Source: Candidatus Woesearchaeota archaeon (GTDB lineage Archaea > Nanobdellota > Nanobdellia > SCGC-AAA011-G17 > UBA489). Taken from it: DNA of 64,000 bases. The DNA lies in the NCBI GenBank assembly GCA_964367375.1, contig CAYIXG010000001.1:148254-212253 (forward strand). The letters run 5' to 3'. This document shows, piece by piece, positions 10,416-19,301 of this stretch. Position 1 is the first letter of the stretch. Every line of letters begins with the position of its first letter. A program made the translations under genes and the position numbers. Under the pieces are notes generated by a model, which did no database searches, was not told where the DNA came from, and saw nothing but the letters and a program-made list of their open reading frames with translations.

Positions 10416-10544
10416 TGAGCCCGTGAGGATTTGAACCCCAATCAGCTGGTTGCTCCTTGTCACTCATCAAAGGAGTGGATGATCCGAAGCCAACCGCACT
10501 TACTGGTACTTATTGAAAGTAAATCCAGGTTATGCTACGGGCCC
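10416..10544 (-). tRNA. tRNA-Arg(TCG) with two introns: D-loop 20a/21 (10501-10522, 22 nt) and canonical 37/38 (10451-10483, 33 nt)
   Basis: Acceptor GGGCCCG/CGGGCTC-A, D-stem GCAT/GTGC, anticodon arm GTTGG-CTTCGGA-CCAGC, T-arm TGGGG-TTCAAAT-CCTCA; 74-nt mature body after removing both BHB-flanked introns; CCA not encoded. Confidence 0.92.
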
Positions 10545-10568
10545 GCTAATAAAAAACTAATGCATTTC

Positions 10569-10585
10569 CTTATAAAAGGTTTCGG
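10569..10585 (-). promoter_or_regulatory. BRE/TATA promoter of tRNA-Arg
   Basis: Minus-strand CCGAAACC-TTTTATAAG, with the TATA box 26-33 nt upstream of tRNA G1. Confidence 0.6.
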
Positions 10586-10587
10586 TT

Positions 10588-11352
10588 TTATCTCTTTTCA
10601 GAAAAGGTATGAAGTGCTTGTATTATAGTATAAAATTGGGTGTTTGAGAGTGTATCAACAGATTTCTCCAGGAGGGTAGGAGATAAGGTAAATGTGTCAA
10701 CAGCATTTTTTGCTTGATTCTGAGTGAGAGAATACATTTTATGAAGAGAAGAAACAAGAGCATTTTTCACTTTCTTGTCTGTTTGCAGGATGAACGTTTT
10801 GATGAGCTCCTCATCTTTTGAGAGGAAAATTGTCCTTTTTTCAAGAACAAAAAGCACTGAATCTGTTCGTGGTTTCGGTGTGAAAGCCTCTCGAGAGACA
10901 TCTGCTATTTTTTTCACAGTAAAGAAGAGTTTACCTATAGTGGACCATTTGCTTTTCGTATCAGAGAGGAGCTGGTAAAATTGTTTTCCTGTGAGCAGCA
11001 CTCCGCGTGCAAAGGAATGGTGTGTTATTTTTTTAAAGAGCGGTTCGGTGATGGAATAGGGAATGTTAGAAACGATTTTCGTGAAAGAGAAGGTGTCAAT
11101 TAAGGTGAGTGCATTCCCATAAATAACATGAACAGATGAGGGAAGTTTTTCTAAATAAGGGCGCATGTTCGTGTCTATTTCAATGGTAATCACTTTTTTC
11201 GCATGGTGCGCAAGTGCTTCAGTTAAGACTCCAGTGCCTGCTCCTATTTCAAGGATAACATCATCTGGAGTGATGTCAGCAGCAGCGATAATTTTCTGTA
11301 AAACAGTTTTATCAGTGAGAAAATGTTGGTCTAAGTGTTTAGTCATTTTCAT
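10588..11352 (-). CDS. rsmA: 16S rRNA adenine dimethyltransferase RsmA/KsgA
   Basis: QHFL, LEIGAGTG, VSNIPYSIT, FTPKPRTDS motifs. Confidence 0.93.
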   Translation of the reverse strand: MKMTKHLDQHFLTDKTVLQKIIAAADITPDDVILEIGAGTGVLTEALAHHAKKVITIEIDTNMRPYLEKLPSSVHVIYGNALTLIDTFSFTKIVSNIPYSITEPLFKKITHHSFARGVLLTGKQFYQLLSDTKSKWSTIGKLFFTVKKIADVSREAFTPKPRTDSVLFVLEKRTIFLSKDEELIKTFILQTDKKVKNALVSSLHKMYSLTQNQAKNAVDTFTLSPTLLEKSVDTLSNTQFYTIIQALHTFSEKR

Positions 11353-11356
11353 AAGT

Positions 11357-12391
11357 TTATTTCACAATGAGGAGAGATCGTGGAGTGTGTGAAAGAACCG
11401 TTACTTTTGTGTTTCCAACAACAACATCATCTTCGATGCGAATGCCATACTTTCCAGGAAAGTACAATCCAGGTTCAATAGTAATAACATTTCCAGTGTG
11501 AAGGATGGTATCTTTTTTTGGTCGAATGTATTCGTGCACGTCAATGCCTAATCCATGACCAATGCCATGAATGTAATATTTTCCAAGTTTTTCTCGCGCA
11601 TATTCTTGAATCTTTCCATAATTCACTCCATCTTTTACCATAGCAATGCATGCTTCTTGCACATCATGCACCTTTCCATAGGTGAGGAGTTCTTTCTGTG
11701 TAGGTGTACCAAAATAAAGAGTTCTAGTTAAATCAGAGCAATATCCTTTATACACAACACCCATATCAATGACAGTCATTCCTTTGAGCTTATTGTTTCC
11801 AGAGGTGTGGTGCGGTGTTGCCCCGTTCTTTCCTGATGCAACAATGGTTGGAAAGCTTTCTCTCACGCCATGGTCAAGCATGGTTTTTCTGATAAATGTT
11901 TGCAGCGCAAGTTCAGTGCGGAAGGTGTGTGCATGAGAAAATATTGCAGTAAATAGAGAATCAGTAATAGCGCACGCCTTTTTGATCGTGCTTATTTCTG
12001 TAGTGTCTTTCACAGTTCGAAGCTGTTCAATCAAAGGAGATGCATCACAAAACGATTTTTTCGTCTGTTTCTTGAATTGACTCACAAAAGTGTGAGGAAG
12101 AAAGTGTAAATGCAATCCTACTTTTTTTCCTAAATGTGGTTTAATGTCTTTGAAAAACGTTTTCTGCATTGCTTTTACAGGAGTGATAGTAGAGTGGTGT
12201 TGTGCGTATCCCAGTTCTAAAGGAGATACATAGACAACGTTCTTTTTTTTGGTTGCAATAAAGCATCCAGTCACGTCCTGTAATCCAGTAAAATAGAAGA
12301 ATGCAGGATCTTGTCGTTCAATCCAGGTGAAAACTGCAATACTGTCCAGAGAATGATGAAGAAGCTGCTGGTGCAGTTTTTTGAAGCGCAT
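11357..12391 (-). CDS. Xaa-Pro aminopeptidase/prolidase (M24)
   Basis: PHH, DMG..Y..YCSDLTRT, HGIGHGLGIDVHE, TIEPGLY, GIRIEDD; start reassigned to ATG 12391 to avoid overlap with the divergent gene. Confidence 0.92.
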   Translation of the reverse strand: MRFKKLHQQLLHHSLDSIAVFTWIERQDPAFFYFTGLQDVTGCFIATKKKNVVYVSPLELGYAQHHSTITPVKAMQKTFFKDIKPHLGKKVGLHLHFLPHTFVSQFKKQTKKSFCDASPLIEQLRTVKDTTEISTIKKACAITDSLFTAIFSHAHTFRTELALQTFIRKTMLDHGVRESFPTIVASGKNGATPHHTSGNNKLKGMTVIDMGVVYKGYCSDLTRTLYFGTPTQKELLTYGKVHDVQEACIAMVKDGVNYGKIQEYAREKLGKYYIHGIGHGLGIDVHEYIRPKKDTILHTGNVITIEPGLYFPGKYGIRIEDDVVVGNTKVTVLSHTPRSLLIVK

Positions 12392-12431
12392 GACCGTAAA
12401 CATTATATAGATCTTTATATAGGTATCGTCA

Positions 12432-13625
12432 ATGTTGCGGCGAAAACTCAAGAATGGGATGACACTTCTTGTGGATAGTCGAAAAACGGATTCTGTTGCC
12501 ATTGGTGTTCATGTGGGCGTCGGTTCAAATAATGAAAACAAGGAGCAGGCCGGTCTTTCACACATGCTTGAGCACATGCTCTTTGAAGGGACGAAAGAAA
12601 AGACTGCGCGGGAGTTATCCAATGCCATTGAATCTGTAGGTGGGGAATGTAATGCACATACCACACAGGAGCGCACGTATTATTATGTGGTGGTGCCGAA
12701 AAAGTATGTGGATCGTGCAATTGCAATGCTGTTTGATATTATGGTGAATGCAGCATTTGACAGCACATCTTTGAGGAAGGAGAAGAATGTGGTCATAAAT
12801 GAAATTCGAGTGGTTGATGATGATCCCAAATCATATCAGTGGATTGTTTTGTTTAAGAAGTTGTTTCAAAAGCATCCTGCAAAAAACCCGGTGTATGGGA
12901 ATGTGTCTGCAATTGTGAAGTCTTCAAGGAAGAACATGGTTTCCTATTTCAAAAAATATTATGTGCCGAATAATATAATTATATCGGTGAGTGGCGGTGC
13001 AGGAAACGCTGGACACATGATTGAAAAAGCATTTGCATCTCTCAAACAGAGAAAGATACAGCAGGTGAAAGAAGTGAAGGAAAAGCCGTTGCAAAAAGTG
13101 GTTGCTGTAAAGGTGAAGAGGAAAGTAGAGCATTCGTATTTGGTTATCGGCTTTCGTGCGCCGCCGCGCACGCATAAGGATTCCTATACATTTGATGTGA
13201 TTCGCGCCATATTAAGCAGGGGTCAAAGTTCTCGCTTGTTTGACGAAATTCGGAACAAGAGGGGCATTGCATATACTGTAGGTGCGGATTATGAGGGTGG
13301 CAAGACCTTTGGCATCTTTGTTGCGTTTGTCAGCACCAGAAAAAAGCATGTGGATGAGGCAAGAAAGATCTTGTTAACGCAAGTGCATCTGCCGAATCTT
13401 TCCGCTCAGGAAGTAGCGGATGCAAAGAGGTATCTTGAGGGTAATTTTATGTTGATTAATGAGGACAACAAAGAACGTGCAGAGCAAAACGCGTTATGGG
13501 AGTTTTTGGGAAAAAAGAGAGATGCGTATGTAAAAAATATTAGGAAAGTGACGCGTGCGGATGTGATGCGGGTTATTAAGAAATATGTGCGTCAAAAGTA
13601 TGTGGAAGTGTTAATTCAAAAGTAA
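12432..13625 (+). CDS. M16 (insulinase/pitrilysin) zinc peptidase
   Basis: GLSHMLEHMLFEGT inverted HxxEH, NAHT, SSRLFDEIR. Confidence 0.93.
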   Translation: MLRRKLKNGMTLLVDSRKTDSVAIGVHVGVGSNNENKEQAGLSHMLEHMLFEGTKEKTARELSNAIESVGGECNAHTTQERTYYYVVVPKKYVDRAIAMLFDIMVNAAFDSTSLRKEKNVVINEIRVVDDDPKSYQWIVLFKKLFQKHPAKNPVYGNVSAIVKSSRKNMVSYFKKYYVPNNIIISVSGGAGNAGHMIEKAFASLKQRKIQQVKEVKEKPLQKVVAVKVKRKVEHSYLVIGFRAPPRTHKDSYTFDVIRAILSRGQSSRLFDEIRNKRGIAYTVGADYEGGKTFGIFVAFVSTRKKHVDEARKILLTQVHLPNLSAQEVADAKRYLEGNFMLINEDNKERAEQNALWEFLGKKRDAYVKNIRKVTRADVMRVIKKYVRQKYVEVLIQK

Positions 13626-13627
13626 AT

Positions 13628-14362
13628 TCAAAAGGAACGGAGTGTTTTTTGCTGTTTTTTGTGTTTTTCGAAGTATTTGGGTGGCTCAATGCATTTATAT
13701 GCAAATCCTTGTGTTTCAAGGAAGTCTTTCACTCCAGGAGAAAGTTTTTGGCAAGCCAGAATGCCGCGCACAGTGGAAAGTCCTTTGCTTTGTTTGATGC
13801 GTTCGACATATCGTGCAAGCTGCGCAACAGCGTCAAAATCTCCCGCGTAGCGCTTGCATTCTACCACAACCAAAACATTGTTCTTGTCGTATCCAAACAC
13901 GTCGATGAATCCATATGTGGTGTGTTCTTCTCTGCTTAAGGGCGTGAATCCTTCTTCAATCAGCTGTGGATTGGTATAGATCATGTCTGACATGTCTTTT
14001 TCATTTCCCAGGAGAGTGATGGTTTCTGCATCAATAAGAGGCGCTGCATTGAAGAAATAAATGGTGTAAAGGGTGATGAAAAGGTCTTCTTTGTGCAAGG
14101 GATGGTGGATGTGTATGTGGGTAACGTCTCCAGAAGTAAGGGTGTGAATGGCTCCTTCTTTCATGTAGTTGACAGGTGCTGCTCCAGTGGGTTGGTGGAT
14201 GAGGATGGTTTTGTCTGGTTTGATGATAATGACGCGGTCACCTTTCTCAAGGTGGCTTTCTGCTCGCCCATGGTAGGTGACTGTACATTCCGCTGCAAAG
14301 ACGATGAAATGGTTTTTGGCAAGATGCTCGTGAAGCTGTTGAGAAAAGGGAGATAAATCCAT
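13628..14362 (-). CDS. nucS: Endonuclease NucS/EndoMS
   Basis: C.V.Y.GRAES.L..GDR.IIIKPD..ILIH, PVNY, GFIDV, VVECKR, AVAQLARY. Confidence 0.95.
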   Translation of the reverse strand: MDLSPFSQQLHEHLAKNHFIVFAAECTVTYHGRAESHLEKGDRVIIIKPDKTILIHQPTGAAPVNYMKEGAIHTLTSGDVTHIHIHHPLHKEDLFITLYTIYFFNAAPLIDAETITLLGNEKDMSDMIYTNPQLIEEGFTPLSREEHTTYGFIDVFGYDKNNVLVVVECKRYAGDFDAVAQLARYVERIKQSKGLSTVRGILACQKLSPGVKDFLETQGFAYKCIEPPKYFEKHKKQQKTLRSF

Positions 14363-14426
14363 AAAGGGTATTTGATATGATGCTATAAAAGCATTCTGAT
14401 GCTAGAAATAGAATGTAGTAAAATTA

Positions 14427-15185
14427 TCATGTTCCAATAGGTTTTGTTTTTTTCCAGAGTGCTTGAAAATATGCTTTAAAGGAGTCTGCTACTTCTTGTC
14501 TCATAATTTCAATATTAATTGGTTTTTTTCCAGGTATACCAATAACTGCAATGTTTTTGTATCCACAAAACCATACAGGTGTGTCTATTTGAAGTGGCAT
14601 ATAACGAGCATCACAACCCTTGTATGAGTTTCTGTTTTGTAATACAGTTTTATCAGTGTTTGGATGAAAGAGGAGCTTGCATTTGATTCCTGCGTTGACT
14701 CTTCTGCGATGATCCTTTTTCCAGTAGGCATGAAAGTGTTTTGGTTGGTCTGGAATAATCCCTTGATAGAAATATTCTTCTCCAGGTTGTAATCTTTTGT
14801 AGGTGTGTTCATGAACCTCAATCATTCCTTTAAATCCTTCAAAGACCCTCACTTCGCTTTTTTCTTCGGGTTGTTTTTGGAGTAATTGAGGGAGGAAGTG
14901 TTCTACTTTTTCTTTGATAGCATGAAGTTTTTGCTCTCGTTCTTCGATATAATCAATAATGCGTTCTGGTTGTGCTGCTTGGAAGTATTTTGTTTGTTCT
15001 TTGATGATATAAGAAACAAGCCCTTTTTGGATGAGATTCTCGAGGATCTGGTAAATGATTGATCGAGAGATGGTTGATTTTTCAACAATTGGTCCTGTTG
15101 TTGAATCACCAAGTTCGAGGAGAGCTAAATACACTTTGATTTCTCCATCAGTAAGTCCTGCTTCACGAAGAAGTGCAAGTTCCAT
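14427..15185 (-). CDS. TrmB family transcriptional regulator
   Basis: GLTDGEIKVYLALL wHTH, LIQKGLVSY, VRVFEGFKG; paralog of 7245-7961. Confidence 0.88.
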   Translation of the reverse strand: MELALLREAGLTDGEIKVYLALLELGDSTTGPIVEKSTISRSIIYQILENLIQKGLVSYIIKEQTKYFQAAQPERIIDYIEEREQKLHAIKEKVEHFLPQLLQKQPEEKSEVRVFEGFKGMIEVHEHTYKRLQPGEEYFYQGIIPDQPKHFHAYWKKDHRRRVNAGIKCKLLFHPNTDKTVLQNRNSYKGCDARYMPLQIDTPVWFCGYKNIAVIGIPGKKPINIEIMRQEVADSFKAYFQALWKKTKPIGT

Positions 15186-15226
15186 ATGATAGATACGTGA
15201 AGGACCTATTTAACTCTTTCTTTTAG

Positions 15227-15244
15227 CATACCAATACTGGTATG
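15227..15244. promoter_or_regulatory. Putative TrmB operator CATACCA-N4-TGGTATG
   Basis: Perfect 7-bp inverted repeat between divergent TATA-like boxes (ctatttaa about 15206-15213, tttaataaata about 15250). Confidence 0.6.
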
Positions 15245-15302
15245 TTCAATTTAATAAATATTTTACTACTTAACAAAAGTTAAAATATGGAGAATAATAC
15301 TC

Positions 15303-16412
15303 ATGGTCAACAAAAAAACAACAATCATTCTAAGTGTATGCATGCTTATAGTGATAGGTGCAGTCATAGGATTTTCCCTAACTAGTCGTGCAATTACTGC
15401 AAATACAATTGATATAGGTGCCATTTTCATGTTGACAGGAACAGGAGCAACATGGGGGATCAATTCACAACGAGGTGTTGAACTTGCAGTTGAAGAAATA
15501 AATGATAATGGAGGAGTGAATGGGAGGCAGATACGTGTAGTATATGAAGATAATCAAGGAGACAATCCAAAGATAGCAGTGACAGCATTACATAAGCTCT
15601 CTAATCAAGGTATTAACATTATTCTCGGACCAAATTGGTCTCCCTCAGGAAATGCAGTTGCACCAATAGCATGTGAAAAAGGAATTGTAATGATATCTCC
15701 TTCATTGGGAGTTGCTGATTTTAATGAGGAATGTGATTTTTTGTTTAATTTATGGCCACATGATGATGTATCATCAGAAAAGCTTGGAGAGTATCTTTAT
15801 GAAAAAGGATATAAAAAAATCGCAGTACTTGGCTCTTTGCAGGTATGGGAGCAAACGCAAGCATATGCAGTAAAAAAAGGATTTGAAGGAAAAGGTGGAA
15901 AAGTAGTTTCATTCATTCTTACGCAACCAGAAGAAACAGATTTTGGTGGAGAAGTTGTTAAAATAAAAAATGTAGACCCAGACGCAATTGTATTTACAAA
16001 TTATGCAGGTGAACATATAAGTGCAAAGCGATTACGAGAAATAAATGTTCAAGTTCCATTCTTTTCGATATTAATTGATGATGAAAAGATAAAGAGTGCA
16101 CAAGGAGCACTTGAAGATGCAATTATTATTACTTCATTTACTCCATCAGAAAAATTCATGAACAAGTTTAAAGAAAAATATAAAGAGCAACCAGATATTG
16201 GTTCAGATACATCATATGATGCAGTGATGCTTCTTGCACAAGCGATGAGAGAAACACAGTCAACAAATCCAGAAATCCTCAAAAAGTATATGAATGGATT
16301 AAAAAAATATGAAGGAACTTCTGGGCGTTTGGTATTTGATAGGAAAGGAGGAGTAACAAAGGAGCCAGAGCTAATGATTGTGAAAGAAGGGAAACTCATA
16401 CCTTTTGAATAA
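15303..16412 (+). CDS. LivK/LivJ-like ABC substrate-binding protein (membrane anchored)
   Basis: DIGAIFMLTG, INDNGGVNGR, SYDAVMLLAQA, GTSGRLVFD. Confidence 0.9.
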   Translation: MVNKKTTIILSVCMLIVIGAVIGFSLTSRAITANTIDIGAIFMLTGTGATWGINSQRGVELAVEEINDNGGVNGRQIRVVYEDNQGDNPKIAVTALHKLSNQGINIILGPNWSPSGNAVAPIACEKGIVMISPSLGVADFNEECDFLFNLWPHDDVSSEKLGEYLYEKGYKKIAVLGSLQVWEQTQAYAVKKGFEGKGGKVVSFILTQPEETDFGGEVVKIKNVDPDAIVFTNYAGEHISAKRLREINVQVPFFSILIDDEKIKSAQGALEDAIIITSFTPSEKFMNKFKEKYKEQPDIGSDTSYDAVMLLAQAMRETQSTNPEILKKYMNGLKKYEGTSGRLVFDRKGGVTKEPELMIVKEGKLIPFE

Positions 16413-16456
16413 AGATTCCAGAAACCTTTAAATAACGCTTATGATCTCTTAGGTAC

Positions 16457-16660
16457 ATGAAGCTCGCAACAGCAATCATCATTCTCTTGTTAATCTTAGG
16501 GTTGTATTATTATACTGCAGAAACGTATGATATTGCGAAGGTTGTGGGAAAATATGCCTATGAGTTCATTTCAAATGTGTATCAGGAATTAAAGGAAAAA
16601 AGCGAAAAGGGTGACTTTGATAAGCCTGTTGAGGATATCAAAGAACGGTTTGAAGACTAA
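16457..16660 (+). CDS. Small single-TM protein
   Basis: 67 aa, N-terminal hydrophobic helix; cctttaaata TATA about 30 nt upstream. Confidence 0.6.
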   Translation: MKLATAIIILLLILGLYYYTAETYDIAKVVGKYAYEFISNVYQELKEKSEKGDFDKPVEDIKERFED

Positions 16661-16664
16661 ACTT

Positions 16665-17594
16665 TTACGCGCTAGTATTGCTCTGGTTTTGAATGATGGG
16701 GGGGTTCACGCTAAACTTCAAGAGTCGTGATTTCTTGGTTTCTCCAAGGGGATCATGCTCGTCGCAGAGCAAGTCAAGGCAGTAGTAGCATCGTACTTCA
16801 TATTCTACAGTCACCTTTCCAATACCGTTGTATTCGCCTTGTTCAAAGGTTCCGGGTGCAGTGTCTTTGATGATTTCCTGGCTTTTCTTGTCAACTTCCT
16901 CAATGAACATGTCTAAGTTGTAGTCTTCAAGTTCAGGATTGTTGTCAAAGTTTTCATCCACAGTGACATGTCTGTCAATGAAGCAGACCATGGTTGAAGA
17001 GTCTTCATTGAAGATTTTGAGTATAATGTCCTGGTAATAAGGACTATTAAGGACAAGATGTTCGCCGCCAATGTTTCCAGTGGGCTGTTCAAAAGGGCCG
17101 AGCTCTTCATCTTCAAGGCTGATTTTGAAGTCTGGTCCGGGATAATTTTGTTTTTTTGTGGGTTGTGTTGTTTGGTTTGGTGATGGTGATTGGGATGGTG
17201 AAGGTGTAGTATTTTGTGCAGAGGCAATATTCGCGATTGCAGCGCCGGTAATAGGGTTATTTTTTGAATCACTAGGAGTGGCTCCTGAATCATCTTTAAG
17301 GAACAAGAAGGCTCCTGCAGCGCCAACAACGATGACAAGAATGATCATGTTCCACATGACAAGGCGTCGAAACAGGGTTTCTGTGGAAGCAGGAATTTCT
17401 CGTTTGAAGGAGTCATCCCGTTCTGGTCGTTGTGGTTTTTGGTCTTTAGGAGCGTCATCATCGCGGGAAATGGTTTCTTTGCTTGCAGGCGGCTCGCGTC
17501 GTCGTTCCTGCTTTTGCAATCTGTCTTTTGCTTCAAGAAGCTCTTTCTTGGCTTCAAGTGACCTTTTTTGGCGTAAATATTCTTCAATGTCCAT
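16665..17594 (-). CDS. Hypothetical single-pass membrane protein
   Basis: Charged N-terminus, TM helix, NPITGAAI motif, S/P/T linker, Cys cluster CYYCLDLLC. Confidence 0.75.
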   Translation of the reverse strand: MDIEEYLRQKRSLEAKKELLEAKDRLQKQERRREPPASKETISRDDDAPKDQKPQRPERDDSFKREIPASTETLFRRLVMWNMIILVIVVGAAGAFLFLKDDSGATPSDSKNNPITGAAIANIASAQNTTPSPSQSPSPNQTTQPTKKQNYPGPDFKISLEDEELGPFEQPTGNIGGEHLVLNSPYYQDIILKIFNEDSSTMVCFIDRHVTVDENFDNNPELEDYNLDMFIEEVDKKSQEIIKDTAPGTFEQGEYNGIGKVTVEYEVRCYYCLDLLCDEHDPLGETKKSRLLKFSVNPPIIQNQSNTSA

Positions 17595-17704
17595 AAGACG
17601 TTCCCTGCACGGCGTGCTTTATTAACTGAGATGTGGTGGCTCTTTTTAAATATTTCTGCAATTCAATCTATACTGGAGAAAACAGCGTCTCAAGACGTGG
17701 AAAC

Positions 17705-17974
17705 TTAGTTTTGTGCAGCATAATCATCAAGAAGGTCAAAGATGCAGGTGGTGTGGAAGCCGTAACTTTCGTGTCCTTTTGGAGTGGGAAGAGTAATGAG
17801 TACTGCAGCTTCCTCTGGATCACGATGGCATGCGGTATAATAGCACTTATTGAGAAGTTTGTTTTCGCTAGTGGTAACTCTTCCTTCATGGAGAAGAGAT
17901 TCCCTTAAGATAAGAGCAGCAAGTCTATTGCTGTTTGCAGTGTACGTTTTGCCAATGAGAGAGTGAGAAGTCAT
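17705..17974 (-). CDS. Hypothetical protein (89 aa) translationally coupled to asnS
   Basis: ATG 17974 overlaps the asnS TGA (ATGA overlap). Confidence 0.55.
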   Translation of the reverse strand: MTSHSLIGKTYTANSNRLAALILRESLLHEGRVTTSENKLLNKCYYTACHRDPEEAAVLITLPTPKGHESYGFHTTCIFDLLDDYAAQN

Positions 17975-19263
17975 GGAGTGTACCGTAACATGGTTCTTGG
18001 GAATGGAATGGCATCTTTGATGTTGTCCAAGCCGCAAATCCAGTTGACAACGCGTTCAACGCCCATGCCAAATCCCGCGTGAGGGACGCTGCCATATGTT
18101 CTTGTGTCAAGATACCATTTGTAGTTTTCTATTTTCTCTCCTTCTTTTTTGAGCGCTTTCTTCAGTTCCTCAATGTCTGTGTCTCGTTGTGATCCTCCGA
18201 TGATTTCTCCATATCCTTCTGGCGCGAGCATGTCAAAGCAGAGTGCTGTTTCTGGATGCTTCGGATCTTTGGGTTTGTAGAATGCCATGATTTCTTTTGG
18301 ATAGTGAGTAACAATGACTGGCTTGTCAAAGTGCTTCATGATCAAGTCTTCTTCAATGGTGCGCAGGTCTTTGCCGAAAGGAATATTTATCTTTTCTTTT
18401 TCTTTCAAGAGTTTCAGCGCATCAGCGTAGGTGATGCGGGTGAACGGTGCTGTCACTGTTCTCAGTTTTTCAACGTCTCGTTCAAGAATGACAAGCTCTT
18501 TTTCATTCTTCTTGATCACTTCCTGCACGATGAATGAAACGCACTCTTCCGCGATGGTTGCAAGCTGATCCAGTCCAATCCATGCTGCTTCCATTTCTGC
18601 CATCCAGAACTCGCTCAAGTGGCGGGAAGTCTTGCTTTTTTCTGCTCTGAAGCATGGACTAATACAAAAGATTTTTTCAAGTGCAAAGACAGCTGATTCT
18701 GCGTAGAGCTGCCAGGATTGGGTAAGATAGAGCTTGTGCTTGTAGTAATTAATGGAGAAAAGTGTGGAGCCTCCCTCGCACGCGTTGGGAGTGAGGATGG
18801 GAGGAGCCATTTCATAATATCCACTGGTTTTGAAGAAGGTCCTAAATGCATCCATCACTGTTGATCGTATTTTCATGACTGCTGTTAAGCGTCTGCTGCG
18901 AATTGCTAAGTGTCTCACATCAAGTAAAAATTCGGTGCTTTGGTCTTTGGTGATGGGAAAGGTGTCTGCGCGTTGGATGACCTGAAAAGTCTTCACGTGC
19001 AGTTCATAGCCGGTTGGCGCGCGCTTGTCGGGGTGCAATGTTCCTTCAAGCTCGATTGAGCTTTCAATGGTAAGCTTGTCAAGCTCATCCCATTCGTTGG
19101 CAGAAAAGTCTGTTTTTTTGCAGACGCATTGGATAATATTGCTACTATCACGGAGAACGATAAACTTGAGCTCGTTGCTGCCGCGCTCGCGGTACACCCA
19201 GCCATGAAGGTGCACATTTCCTTTGCCCTTGTCGAGTGCTTCTTGAATGGAAATGAATGCCAT
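17971..19263 (-). CDS. asnS: Asparagine--tRNA ligase
   Basis: OB fold GWVYRER, CEGGSTLF, YLTQSWQLY, FRAEKSKTSRHLSEFWM, GEIIGGSQR, PHAGFGMGVER. Confidence 0.96.
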   Translation of the reverse strand: MAFISIQEALDKGKGNVHLHGWVYRERGSNELKFIVLRDSSNIIQCVCKKTDFSANEWDELDKLTIESSIELEGTLHPDKRAPTGYELHVKTFQVIQRADTFPITKDQSTEFLLDVRHLAIRSRRLTAVMKIRSTVMDAFRTFFKTSGYYEMAPPILTPNACEGGSTLFSINYYKHKLYLTQSWQLYAESAVFALEKIFCISPCFRAEKSKTSRHLSEFWMAEMEAAWIGLDQLATIAEECVSFIVQEVIKKNEKELVILERDVEKLRTVTAPFTRITYADALKLLKEKEKINIPFGKDLRTIEEDLIMKHFDKPVIVTHYPKEIMAFYKPKDPKHPETALCFDMLAPEGYGEIIGGSQRDTDIEELKKALKKEGEKIENYKWYLDTRTYGSVPHAGFGMGVERVVNWICGLDNIKDAIPFPRTMLRYTP

Positions 19264-19301
19264 CCAGTAAGGGCAGGAATCCTGTTTTATATAGGTTATG
19301 G

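Noticed and set aside
10431..10628. 65-aa plus-strand ORF
   Set aside because: It is antisense to the tRNA-Arg gene and its promoter, so it is spurious.
17150..17215. Short tandem-like repeats (ggtgatggtgattgggatggtgaaggtg) and the similar tract at 38970-39080
   Set aside because: They encode Ser/Pro/Thr/Gln linkers of membrane proteins and are not independent repeat elements.
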